DNA from: Octopus vulgaris
Lineage: Eukaryota
DNA length: 64,000 nt
Direction: 5' to 3'
Assembly (NCBI GenBank): GCA_951406725.2
Contig: OX597833.1
Location: forward strand, 53,072,001-53,136,000
The notes beneath the pieces were generated by a model. That model was not told the origin of the DNA. It worked only from the letters and a program-made list of their open reading frames with translations, and searched no databases. This document shows positions 26,100 through 39,778 of the stretch, one piece after another. Within the stretch, counting starts at the first letter, position 1, and each line of letters starts with the position of its first letter. The position numbers were made by a program, and so were the translations under genes.

Positions 26100-26515
26100 T
26101 TTACTCTTTTACTCTTTTACTTGTTTCAGTCATTTGACTGTGGCCATGCTGGAGCACCGCCTTTTAGTCGAGCAAATCGACCCCGGGACTTATTCTTTGT
26201 AAGCCCAGTACTTATTCTACCAGTCTCTTTTGCCGAACCGCTAAGTGACGGGGACGTAAACACACCAGCATCGGTTGTCAAGCAATGCTAGGGGGGCAAA
26301 CAGACACACAAACACACACACACATACATATACATATATATATACATATACGACAGGCTTCTTTCAGTTTCCATCTACCAAATCCACTCACAAGGCATTG
26401 GTCGGCCCGGGGCTATAGCAGAAGACACTTGCCCAAGATGCCACGCAGTGGGACTGAACCCGGAACCATGTGGTTGGTTAGCAAGCTACTTACCACACAG
26501 CCACTCCTGCACCTA
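26100..26515 (-). mobile_element. SINE family B, full length
   Basis: Full match. Confidence 0.9.
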
Positions 26516-26966
26516 TTCTTTGACTTTTTTTGTTTTGGGTTTTGTTTTCTCTCTCTGCAAACTTACAGCAAGATGGCGAATTGAAAGTTATTTGCTCTGG
26601 ATATTTATGTTCAGACATCAAATCCCGCCGAAGTTAACTTTGCCGTTCATATTTTTGATATCGACAAAACAAATTGTTAATCTAAGACAATGCTTGACTT
26701 CTGTTAGCCATTCGCTGCCTGCTGATCAGAGGCCATCAACGCCTTTCTCCATTGTTCTCGATTCCGAGCTGTCCTCTTTCAGCTCTTGTTAGCTTACAAT
26801 TGTCATCGATACTTCTGTAACTTTGCATGTAACTTTGCATGTAGGGCTGTTGGCTAAACACCAACTCATTTTACTTCTGAGAATAGTTAACTTTGGCCTC
26901 TCTCTCTCCCCTGGCCTGTTCAGTATAGAAGGCAGCCTTACCAGTTGCTTCTGTGGTAGAGCTCTC

Positions 26967-27242
26967 GGATCTTTTCAGTTTGAACGGCAGTTTTTTCTAG
27001 CGGTGTCATATGAAATTGTCACCCATAATTATGACCCTAGTATCGATCTATTGCATTTCAATCTGTTTTAGGGTTAGGGTTAGGGTTAGGAGTGGGGGAA
27101 GGGTATCTTTTTTTCTTCAGATATGTAAATAAGCCCAATCTGTTTCTTAAACGAGGGACATATTCATACGGCACAGAATGTTTTTTACCTCAATAGACGT
27201 CATTGATTGGTTGAAATTGCAGAAATTGAAGAAAAAACAACA
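26967..27242 (+). mobile_element. Merlin-like MITE, right end lost
   Basis: Left TIR and internal TTAGGG repeats. Confidence 0.9.
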
Positions 27243-27374
27243 TCAGAGGCCATCAACGCCTTTTCTCCATTGTTCTCGATTCCAAGCTGTCCTCTTTCAG
27301 CTCTTCTTAGCTTACAATTGTCATGGATACTTTTGTAACTTTGCATTTTTTTTTTTTTATGTAGGGCTATTGGC

Positions 27375-27795
27375 GGTTCTTTTCGGTTTGAACGGCAGTT
27401 TTTTTAAAAATAATTTCCACGTAACTAAACACTTTTAAATTTCGTATAGTGGTAGAATGTGTTTATAAAACATCTTTTTCTCTTGGCTTTATTGAGAAAA
27501 TTCTATAGTTTGTAAGATATTTGTTGTTGTTTTTTTCTTCAATTTCTGCAATTTCAACCACTCAATGACCGTCTATTGAGGTGAAAACATTCTGTGCCGT
27601 ATGAATATGTCCCTCGTTTAAGAAACAGATTGGGTTTATTTACATTTCTGAAGAAAAAAATATGCCTTTCCCCCACCCCTAACCCTAACCCTAAAACAGA
27701 TTGAAATGCAATAGATCGATACTAGGGTCATAATTATGGGTGACAATTTCGTATGACACCGCTAGAAAAAACTGCAGTTCAAACCGAAAAGATCC
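27375..27795 (-). mobile_element. Merlin-like MITE copy
   Basis: Both TIRs; TSD CTATTGGC/CAATTGGC; empty site CTGTTGGC in the paralogue at 26847. Confidence 0.9.
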
Positions 27796-28279
27796 CAATT
27801 GGCTAAACACAAACTCATTTTACTTCTGGGAATAGTTAACTTTGGCCTCTCTCCCTTGGCCTGTTCAGCATGGAAGGCAACCTTACCAGAAGCTTGTGCT
27901 CCATTGGTATAGCTCTCAGAGTCAACGCCATCACAATGCAACCAGAACTGCATCTTTTGGTGGAATGCGAAACAGGACTTGCAGAATTTTTAGAGCATTG
28001 GGCAAAACAATATTTGTTTCAACCTTTCATGTTGTAAGTTCAAATTCCGCCATAAGCCACAACGCCTTTCATTCATCAAGGTTTGATTAACAAAATACCG
28101 GATATGGCAATGTTGTTAACATGTTAGATTTGCAATTCCTGCTACGATAGGAATGTCTGCTACGATAGGAATGGCTTGACTAGTACCGTGAGGGAGAAAT
28201 TTGGGAGACCGAAACTGTGGGAATGCTTGTTGTATATATCAATATATGTATGTACGTGTATGCGTCCGTGTTTTTGTGA

Positions 28280-28311
<32 letters not shown>

Positions 28312-28315
28312 GTGG

Positions 28316-28347
<32 letters not shown>

Positions 28348-28377
28348 GTGTGTATACACACACACATATACACTCAG

Positions 28378-28463
<86 letters not shown>

Positions 28464-29420
28464 GAAATATGTTACAAAAAGAAAATATAAAATACACGTG
28501 GAGATGTAAGGGTAAAATATGAAAAATCAACGAAAATGCACATTGTAAATACAAATTTTTTAAAAGGCTTTTTATGAAAGGTAACGACATATATATACAT
28601 TTAGATGGACTGAGGTAGTAATAAAAGTCATAAAAGTCATTATACGCATGTTAGTACATATATGATTACGTGCCTAAAGAGTTAGGTTCGTTTGATGAAC
28701 CTACGAAACTTTCAGCTCTAAGGAGACGAACGAAATTGTTGTTAGATAGTTCCTCTGCCTGACACCTTGAGCAAGTGTCTTCTATGTATGTATGCATGTA
28801 TGTATGTATGTATATAAATATGTATAAAATGACCAACATATCGGAAATCCGTAACTGACGACGCTATTGTTCACAAATATCAGTAAAAAATTTAAAAAAG
28901 GAAAAAATGTAAAAGAAGCAAATATTTACTTGCGTAAATATGACTGATCGTGCATTGCCCTGCACCAAACTAAATATGTTGCCGTCGTGTCTGATTAGAA
29001 TTGCTTAATTACTGAAAATTAGAAATAACTATTTCATAATACTGATGAGAATGTAGCGTTGATGTACTATATTTGTTTATTTAACCTATTGTAGCAGGAT
29101 CATTCACACGCACTGAGACATACTTATCACAGAAACTTATTCCACGAGCAGTGACTCATCAGGACGGCTTTTATCTCTGCATTCCGTAGTGTATGAATCA
29201 ATAATGCATACGATGTTAGTGTGTAAATGTAATGTTCCCAAGAGTTCCTATTGTACATTATGTAGTTTCGTAATCTGGGGCAGATGTGGGCTGAGTTTCT
29301 TGGTTTTGGTTTTAGATAACGTTTGAGGAAAGAGTTTTTGGCCATGGGAAGTTATGAATGAAGCATGTGCTTACGAGGAAGCTCGATCAAATGGCAAAAA
29401 AAACAACCCAAAACCTCCTT

Positions 29421-29499
<79 letters not shown>

Positions 29500-29529
29500 A
29501 CAGACAGACAGATGTATATATGTTTTCTT

Positions 29530-30059
<530 letters not shown>

Positions 30060-30578
30060 TAGAGATAGAGAGACATATACATACATAGATATACATACAC
30101 ATATACATACACACCCACGCATATTAAATCAGTATGTGCATATCTGTGAATGTTTATTTGTAATGTGTTCGTGTTTATATCTTTCTATGTATATGCGTAT
30201 ATGTCTGTTTGCATACCTCCTGTGCGTTATTACTGCAATTTCGAAGACACTGGCGGTTTTTGATAGATATATTGAAAATTAATTGTACAATATACTTCTG
30301 AACAGATGGGTTTGTTTATTTTCTTTCTCATCTCATTGTCATTTGTTTTTCTATCGCAGCTTCACTGCTTATGTATCCAAGTTGATTGTCTACTTTCAGG
30401 TGGCTTCGAAGCTTTCTCGGAAATTTTGGGAGCTATGAAGGATTGGAGATATTGCCATTTCGTTTGTTGATCCATCATCAAAACGACGCAATAGGCTGTG
30501 GAAATTTCTACTGTGGAATGAATTAAAAGAAAAGCTTGGATTACGTACACTCATAACAAATCGTATACAAATCGTATA

Positions 30579-30751
30579 TAGGCGCAGGAGTGGCTGTGTG
30601 GTAAGTAGCTTGCTAACCAACCACATGGTTCCGGGTTCAGTCCCACTGCGTGGCACTTTGGGCAAGTGTCTTCTACTATAGCCTCGGGCCGACCAATGCC
30701 TTGTGAGTAGATTTGGTAGACGGAAACTGAAAGAAGCCTGTCGTGTATATG

Positions 30752-30784
<33 letters not shown>

Positions 30785-31008
30785 GTGTGTGTGTGTGTTT
30801 GTGTGTCTGTGTTTGTCTCTCTAGCATTGCTTGACAACCGATGCTGGTGTGTTTACGTCCCCGTCACTTAGCGGTTCGGCAAAAGAGACCGATAGAATAA
30901 GTACAAGGCTTACAAAGAATAAGTCCCGGGGTCGATTTACCCGAATAAAGGCGGTGCTCCAGCAGCAGTCAAATGACTGAAACAAGTAAAAGAGTAAAAG
31001 AGAGAGTA
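30579..31008 (+). mobile_element. SINE family B, full length
   Basis: Head-to-tail match. Confidence 0.9.
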
Positions 31009-31674
31009 ATGACCTGTGCACACACACGTAACATATTATACATAAAAATACATACACGTGTGTACTATATGTGTGGGGGTTTATTTATAAATATAGATAT
31101 AACGCTCATACACACACCTCATACATACACCACACACACACACACATACACACATGGTGGCTGCCCCCTCGTGATCGAGTATGGCCATTGCCCGAAGCTT
31201 AATCAATGTTGTTATCGTGCAATGCCTGTACAAGAAGAGTTTTTTTTTTAAGTGAGGAAAGGTTGTGTACTGAGTGAATCCCACTCACTAAGCAACAGCA
31301 GCCATAATCTAAAAGAAGAATAAGTCAACATCATCGGTAACCACTGAACCGCAGGTTTTATGTCGGAGTTATCCCAGTTATCTGAGTTACCTTCTCCTAG
31401 AAGGATGCCCTTACAAAGGCTAGAAGTCCTTCACTCCCAATGGTTTAACCGCGCGATCGGGTATTCAGTCCGATTATCTCTATGTCCCCGCGCATGATAA
31501 GTCTTAAGACATTTATTGGATGGCCGTTGACTCTCAAGAGTTCCTCCGCCCATACACACATACACACACACATACACACATACACACACACATACAATCA
31601 TATACTCGTACATTCATCGCATGAACACTAGTGGACAAACTTACAAACAAGCTAGTATAATAAGCTAGTGTAAT

Positions 31675-32428
31675 GACTTTGACTTTGACTTTGACCGACC
31701 AGTCCGTCAGGCGTCCATTTGACACCGCTGGTCACAGCACGCTGTCCACTCCTCTCTGGATCGCGCCTTTCTCATCCACGTGATCCAATCGTCCTCTTGA
31801 AATCGTCACTCCACCGTCGTGGAGGTCTTCCGGGTGGTCTTTTCCGCTCACGTGGGTACCGCTCGACAACAGCGTGCGTCCACCGATTATCGGTGAGCCG
31901 GGCGACGTGTTCAGCCCATCTATACTTGCTGCGAGTATACTCTGCGATGACATCTCTCACACCGGACTTCCTTCTGATGATGTTGCTATTTATATGCTCT
32001 CTCAACGAGATACCAAGCATTGACCTTTCCATGGCTCTTTGAGCCGTTACCAGTCTTTGCTCTTCTCTCTTTGTGGTAGCCCATGTTTCACTACCATATA
32101 ACATTGCAGGTAGAACTGCACTGTTAATGAGGTTGGCGCGGGTGGTCCTGTCCAACCTTCCCTTGAGCACATCCCTTATGCCATTGAACGCCTTCCATCC
32201 GTGAGATCTCTTTTTTGATATCCCGGCACATATTTACTTCCTGTCCCAGGTAGACATATTCTCTCACCTCCTCTATTTCATCACTGCCGATCACCATTCG
32301 ACCTGTTGGTACGTTGTCTGACCTCATGAACTTTGTTTTCATGCGGTTCATCTTGAGACCTACTGCAGAACTTTTGATGTCGAGCTCCGTCAGCATGGTC
32401 TGAAGCTGATCCATGTTTTCAGCGATGA
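31675..32428 (-). pseudogene. 5'-truncated RTE-clade LINE (RT C-terminal half, frameshifted)
   Basis: GLKMNRMKTK...YVYLGQ, VLPAMLYGSETW, RWAEHVAR, RPPGRPPRRW; tail (AAAGTC)n. Confidence 0.93.
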
Positions 32429-32590
32429 GTATATTAATACATAAATATGTATAAACGTATTTCGTTATTCAGTTTTATTTCAAGATTTCTTGCTAATAAA
32501 GAGAGTTGGTTTCTAATCTAGATATAAAGCTCCTTCATTGAAATTTCAACAATACCAACAGGATATTTTTGTATGTATATAAGTATGTCT

Positions 32591-32874
32591 GGAGGCGCAA
32601 TGGCCCAGTGGTTAGGGCAGCGAACTCGTGGTCGTAGGATCGCGGTTTCGATTCCCAAACCGGGCGTTGTGAGTGTTTATAGAGCGAAAACACCTAAAAG
32701 CTCTACGAGGCTCCGGCAGGGGGTGGTGATCCCTGCTGTACTCTTTCTCCCACTCTTTCTTCTGTTGGCCTGCTCGCTTAGTCAGCGGGGTGGTGTCATT
32801 TGAAGGCTAAAACAATGCGAACGCATTGTGACCAGCGATGTGTGACAACATCTGATGGTCTAGTCGGTCACGTG
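32591..32874 (+). mobile_element. SINE family C with RTE-derived tail
   Basis: A-box TGGCCCAGTGG, B-box GTTTCGATTCC; tail matches the 3' end of the RTE at 31692-31745. Confidence 0.88.
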
Positions 32875-32924
32875 TATGTATGTATGTATGTATGTATGTA
32901 TGTATGTATGTATCTATGTAGTAA

Positions 32925-33226
32925 GCTGTGTTGCTTAGTGGCTAGGGTATTCGGCTCACCATCGTAAGGTCGCGAGTTCGATTCTCGGCGGAGCATTGTG
33001 TTCTTCAGCAAGACACTTTATTTCATATTGCTCCAGTCCACTCAGCAGGAAAAAATAAGTTGTACCAATAATTCAAAAAGACCAGCCTTGTCACATTTTC
33101 TGTCACGCCGAATCTCCCTGAGAACTACGTTAAGAGAATACATGCCTGTGGAGTACTCAGCCACTTGCACGTTAATTTCAGAAGTAGGCTGTTTGGAACC
33201 CTTATGGTCGTAACCGACGAAGTGCC
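32925..33226 (+). mobile_element. SINE family D (tRNA-like head) with tail type 1
   Basis: B-box GAGTTCGATTC; related copies at 35240-35512 (-) and 47490-47760 (+). Confidence 0.8.
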
Positions 33227-33244
33227 GGGTTTTTTTTTTCATGT

Positions 33245-33628
33245 ATACTCTTTATTCATTTACTTGTTTAAGTCATTGCACTGCGGCCATGCTGGAGCAC
33301 CGCCTTTTAGTCAAACGAATCTACCCCGAGACTTATTCTTTGTAAGCCTAGTACCTACTGCATCGGTTTATTTTTGCCGAACCACTAAGTTATGGGGACG
33401 TAAACACACCAACACTGGTTTCAAGCGCTGGCGGGGGCGGGGACAAACACGGACACACAAGCATATACATATATATATACGACGGGCTTCTTTCTACCAA
33501 ATCCACTCACAAGGCTTTGGTCGGCCCGAAACTATAGTAGAAGACAGTTGCCCAAGGTGCCACGCAGTGGGACTGAACCCGGAACCATGTGGTTGGGAAG
33601 CAAGCTTCTTACCACACAACCACGCCTA
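33245..33628 (-). mobile_element. SINE family B
   Basis: Head-to-tail match. Confidence 0.85.
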
Positions 33629-33729
33629 TGTTTATTTGTATGCATGTATGTATATATGAATGCATGTATGCAGGTATGTAATTATGCTTATAGGCATACA
33701 TATACATGGATACATGTTTGCATCTATGC

Positions 33730-33796
<67 letters not shown>

Positions 33797-33869
33797 TGAA
33801 TGTATGCGAAGTCTAAGCTTACAGTGAAAGGGAAAGGAACGGTGGGAGTGTTGTGTGAGCAAGTACGCG

Positions 33870-33940
<71 letters not shown>

Positions 33941-34239
33941 TTTTATGTTTGTACGCGTGCTTGTGCACACGCGTTTGTGCACGCGCGTGCGTGTTTGTGT
34001 ATGTGTATGTATGTGTGCGTGTGCGTGTGCGTGCGTGGGTGTCTGTGCGTGCGTATATGTGTGTGTGTGTGTATGTGCATGTGTTATATACAAGGGAATT
34101 ACTGTGTGTATACAAGTATACCGAAGCAAAAGATATGTATACGTTTAATTTGATATTTTTATCTAATTTTACTCATATATTAATGAACAGAACTCCTTTT
34201 TCCTGTTTACGCAGTTATTGATACGCGTACTCACACACA

Positions 34240-34317
<78 letters not shown>

Positions 34318-34493
34318 TGCACATACACACACACATACACACACACACAAACACACACACACATACACACACACATACACACACACACACACACACACAT
34401 GCATATCCGCGCAAATACACACATACATACGCACATAGATTCACACATAGATACACACTCACTTACGTACAAATAAACACAAAACGAACAAAT

Positions 34494-34524
<31 letters not shown>

Positions 34525-34744
34525 GCGCACATACACAGACATGCACATGTACTCACTAAAACACACAATAATCATACGATCCGAGTTCAAACCCTGCCGA
34601 AATCGAGTTTGCCCTTTTCCCTTCCAGGGTTGATAAAAGTACCTGTTGAACCCTGGGGTTAATGTAATCGACTTAACCCTCGCCCCTTCGAAATTGCAAG
34701 CCTTGTGCCAAAATTTAAAACCAGTATCCCTCTCATGTACGCAC

Positions 34745-34782
<38 letters not shown>

Positions 34783-35239
34783 ACACACATACAAAATTGC
34801 GCATACACACATGTAGTCGCACTGAAACACACACACACCAATACACACATGTACATAGACAGAACGAGCACACACACACACACACAAGCGCAATGTCACA
34901 TATACATGTACACATTCACACACATACACATATATACACATACATACTTTGATATATGCATGCATACATGCATAAATACATACATACACGCATAATACAT
35001 ACATACATACATAAATACATACATACACGCATAATACATACATACATACATACATACATACATACAAACATACATACATACATACATACAAACATACATA
35101 CATACATACATACATACATACATACATACATACATACATACATGCATAATACAAACATACATACATACATACATACAAACATACATACATACATACATAC
35201 ATACATACATACATACATACATACATACATAAGGAACAA

Positions 35240-35512
35240 TCCGTCGGTTGCGACGACGACAGTCCCAGCTTATACGAAATTAACGTGTATGTGGTTGAGC
35301 AATTCACAGACAAGTGTACCCTTAACGTAGTTCTCGGGGAGATTCGGCGTGACACAGAGTGTGACAAGGTTGGCCCTTTGAAATACAGGTACTACTCATT
35401 TTTGCCAGCTGAGTGGACTGGAGTGGAGTGAAATAATGTTTCTTGCTCAAGGACACAACGACCTTACGATCATGAGTCGAATGCTCCTAACCACTAAGCC
35501 ACGCGCCTTCAC
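35240..35512 (-). mobile_element. SINE family D
   Basis: Head GGCGCGTGGCTTAGTGGTTAG; tail type 1. Confidence 0.8.
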
Positions 35513-35567
35513 ACATACATACATACATACATACATACATACATACATACATACATACATACATACA

Positions 35568-35599
<32 letters not shown>

Positions 35600-36172
35600 A
35601 ACAAAATGTGATTGCAGTGATACGATTTCCCGCAATGCCGTCGCTTGATTGTTCTGGTAAAGCAGTACGCCATTAAGCCCCTCATTCCTACCAAAGACCT
35701 TCATTTCTTTCGCACAAATGTACCCACAAAGGGCACCTCTTTCAGTAGGCGTTAAGAGAGTACCCTGCTTTCGGTCAGCCATATTCAACTGGTATTTATT
35801 TTATCGATCCCGAAAGGATGGAAGGCAAAGTTGATACCGGTGGCATTTGAACTCGGAATGTAAAGACGTGCCAAGGATTTTGTCTACTCCCCGTCTTATA
35901 GTCGAGTATAATCGTCATCTATTGATGGTAGTTCTAAAGTGTCCAACGTTGGTTTAATAAGCGAAATATCCGGAATTACAATTTTGGAAATACCCGGTTG
36001 CTATTTTTATGTCTAAAACAGAAAGGAGTTTCGATTCTACCCTCATAAACTGTTAGAGATCTCGTGGAGGAAATCTACCGCGTTCTTCGTTTTCAGTTCA
36101 ACACTTGTACAGTCATATAGGTGGGTGTGTAGTTAGTCATCATGCACACGCGCGCACACACTCACTTGTGTG

Positions 36173-36215
<43 letters not shown>

Positions 36216-36258
36216 GCGTGTATGCATATATACATATGCACATATATATGCATACATA

Positions 36259-36425
36259 TAGGCGCAGGAGTGGTTGTGTGGTAAGTAGATTGCTTCCCAA
36301 CCACATAGTTCCGGGGGTTCAGTCCCACTGCGTGGCACCTTGGGCAAGTGTCTCCTACTATAGCCTCGGGCCGACCAAAGCCTTGTCAGTAGATTTGGTT
36401 GACGGAAACTGAAAGAAGCCCGTCG

Positions 36426-36500
<75 letters not shown>

Positions 36501-37035
36501 CCGGAGTAAATGTGAAACAAGGTGGAAAAAAGAGTACTCAAATACCAGAGGTAGAGTAATATGCTTTATTTAAAAGCAGCAGAAACATAACAAAAGCTGT
36601 GACTCAGAGTTTCACGTTCCCGTTCGACGAATTCCTATATTCATCTGTCTTCACCTTCTGAGTTCAAATTCCGCTGAGGTCGACTTTGCCTTTCATCATT
36701 TCGGGGGCGATAAATTAAGTATCAGTTACGTACTGGGGTCGATCTGATCGACTGCTGCCTCCTCCCCCCAAATTTCGACCCTTTTGCCTAGAGTGGAAAA
36801 GAATATTCCTATATTGCTAAGGCGGCGAGCTGGAAAAAACGTCAGCACGCCGTAGGAAATGCTCAGCAGTATTTCGTCTGTCTTTACATTCTGAGTTCAA
36901 ATTCCGCCGAGGTCGACTTTACCTTTCATCTTTTCGGGGTCGCTAACTTAAGTACCAGTCGCACACTGAGGCAGATCTAATCGACTGGCCTTCTCCCCAA
37001 AAATTTCGGGCCTTGTGCCTAGAATAGAAAAAAAT
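36259..37035 (+). mobile_element. Cluster: SINE B 5' half, Penelope-type fragment (36501-36632, -), two SINE A variants
   Basis: Family matches; fragment reads ACG-GGAA-CGT-GAAACTCTGAGTC on the minus strand. Confidence 0.75.
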
Positions 37036-37494
37036 ATTTCTATATTTTTTCTTTTAACACAGATCTCAACGAACATTAACCGCCAACACATTTATCTCTA
37101 CAAACTACGTACCATTGCAAATTCTTCTTTATTTTTGCGTATGTATATCTACGAAATTATTGCCATTAGCAGGCTGTTATAACCTTGTGTTACAACCACA
37201 ATACAAACACACAGAGAGTGCTTTAGTGAGTTTTGGCACAGCGGAATCTTTGCCTAACTATTTATCCTAGGCATATTATGTCGTCGTTCGACCGTAGCTA
37301 TGAGAGATAAATTTATTGTTACAATCATATTTCATGCTCTCGAACACTCAGAACTCATACGAAAATGCGTCGTAAGAAATTTAGTAGGAAATTAGGCAAA
37401 GCTGTGAAACGAGGGATACTATAAAAAATATCTATTAGGAAAGCAAATGTTACGCTGTATATATATGTTTTTGTATGTAATACATATGTATGTA

Positions 37495-37554
<60 letters not shown>

Positions 37555-37711
37555 GGGGCAGCGTGGCTGTGTAGTAAGTAGCTTGGTTCCCAATCTCATG
37601 GCTCCGGATTCAGTTCCACTGCGTGGTACCTTGGGCAAATGTCTTCTGTAGCGTCGGGCCGAGCAAAGCCTTGTGAGTGGACTTGGTCGACGGAAACTAA
37701 AAGAGCCCAGT

Positions 37712-37791
<80 letters not shown>

Positions 37792-37893
37792 TGTGTGTGT
37801 GTGTGTGTTGTGTGTGTTTGTGTGCTGGGGTCGATTTGTTCGACTAAAGGCGGCGCTCCAGCATGGCCGCAGTCAATGACTGAAACAAGTAAA
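37555..37893 (+). mobile_element. SINE family B with internal deletion
   Basis: Head, long (TG)n and tail. Confidence 0.8.
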
Positions 37894-38302
37894 TGAATAT
37901 ACATACACACATTCACACACACACACACGCAATATATACTTTGAAGACATATGCATATCTATATGTATGTATATGCATCTATCTATTTATTTATCTATCT
38001 CTCTATCTACTTACATGTACATATACGCATGTATATACACGTATGCATATGAGTCCCAGTTTGGTGTTTGCAAGTACTTGGACACTTATAAAGCAACTTC
38101 ACGAATAAATTAAGATGAACATCTAAGATGAACTAAATAGTGCATTATCTGTTCATACCGTTTTACATCTTGTTACTCAATGTCTCATGCCTGGTGGACA
38201 ATCACCAGATGAATGGTCTGTTACTATGTCCGAATGAAAATCACTTTCCCGTACACAAGCGCAATACATACATACATACATACATACATACACACACACA
38301 CA

Positions 38303-38368
<66 letters not shown>

Positions 38369-38459
38369 AAGGGAAAGTTTACGAAAATAAACAAAAGACG
38401 AAGGCAGGTGGAGTACAAACAAACAAATGTATTAGTATAGCGTTCAGGAATAGAAAAAG

Positions 38460-38497
38460 TCTTTTACGTTTCGAGCCTACGCTCTTCTTCAGAAAGA
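38460..38497 (-). ncRNA. Minimal type I hammerhead ribozyme within a Penelope-type pLTR fragment (38368-38570)
   Basis: TCTTT-CTGAAGA-A-GAGC-GTAG-GCTC-GAA-ACGT-A-AAAGA. Confidence 0.7.
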
Positions 38498-38593
38498 TAC
38501 ACAGAAAAAAACAAGGAGAGAAACAAGGGAAGAAAAAAATAGGAGAGAAAAAAATATATATGTACAACCGTATTGGTAAATAAATTCAATAAG

Positions 38594-38668
<75 letters not shown>

Positions 38669-38963
38669 ATACACATATTTACATATATCATGGATTCTCC
38701 AGTCGTGCGTGTTCTGCAATTTCTTGCTGAACATCCACACTGATGATTTGTTCATGGTGACAAAATGGTGACTAAATCTTCACATAAGCTCGCACTCTCT
38801 CCATCAAATTGATATTACCTGTACAGGTGTACGACGTGTCACATGTCAGATGATGAAATGATCAAAAGGCAACATGAAATGAAGTGCTTTTAACAAGAAC
38901 ACAACGCAACGCATATGAACCTCTAATAATATAATATATATTTATCATATATAAGATAATAAA

Positions 38964-39030
<67 letters not shown>

Positions 39031-39035
<5 letters not shown>

Positions 39036-39459
39036 GAAATATTAAAGTTACTAAGTCTCTCAAAAGGAGATTACGGCAGCGTTACTGGATATTAATAGTT
39101 ATCGCCATACTAATATGGCAGTCTAAATTAGCTCCAAGAGGCCACCGCCTCTAGCTAGCTATATGACACACAAACCTGCGTCCATTACAATCTTCGAACA
39201 GGGGAGGTCAGCCGCTTCACCTTGCTAGTCAGACATCTGCAGACATGTTTCAGGGTTGTTGCCCTTTATCAATGTAGCGTAGTCAGAACAAGCAGGTGTC
39301 GCTACTGACCGTCTGTTCGAAGATTTTATTTACCTAGTTACAGTGGAATGCATCCACTTGTTTTCAATAATAGAAATATTAAAATTACTAAGTCTCTCTA
39401 AAGGAGATTACGGCAGCGTTACTGGATATTAATAGTTATCGCCATACTAATATGGCAGT
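39031..39459 (-). mobile_element. Retrozyme-like element: 337-bp monomer + 92-bp terminal direct repeat
   Basis: 39031-39122 repeats at 39368-39459; internal rod 39189-39325 with a hammerhead at its apex; abuts (TA)n. Confidence 0.8.
39237..39277 (-). ncRNA. Type I hammerhead ribozyme with U3-A8 core variant
   Basis: CTACA-TTGATAA-AGGG-CAACAA-CCCT-GAA-ACATGT-C-TGCAG. Confidence 0.72.
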
Positions 39460-39778
39460 TTATATAAGACTAAAGCTGTCACTGATTAGTTCCAAGATAA
39501 CTATTAATGATCAGGGCTTGGTATATGAATAACACAGACAAAAAAAAAAAGGTATTTCAAATACCATACAACGTAAGTTTTTGATTTATTAAGATTATCG
39601 CCTTCTCTAAAGACTGCATCAAAATTCCCAGATAGCAATTAAAAACAGCCTCTTTTTGAGGAGAGGAGATTATCTGAAGAATCAAGAATTCCCCAAGTCT
39701 ATCTATCTATCTATCTATCTAAAAAGAGAGAGAGAGAGCACTTTGCTCTCATGTGTTTATTTCCTCCCTGCCTGAGAT

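Larger units (their letters stand above)
26690..28010 (-). pseudogene. Decayed LINE (RTE-like) 3' end, partly duplicated, carrying two MITE insertions
   Basis: Minus-strand RPKLT and KRTARNREQWRKAL words; 26726-26966 repeated at 27243-27917. Confidence 0.55.

Noticed and set aside
28675-28755. TTGATGA...GAAAC and CTAAGGA...GAAA hammerhead-like words
   Set aside because: No consistent stems I-III could be formed
32591-32660. tRNA-like sequences at SINE heads
   Set aside because: A and B boxes only, no full cloverleaf; followed by SINE bodies
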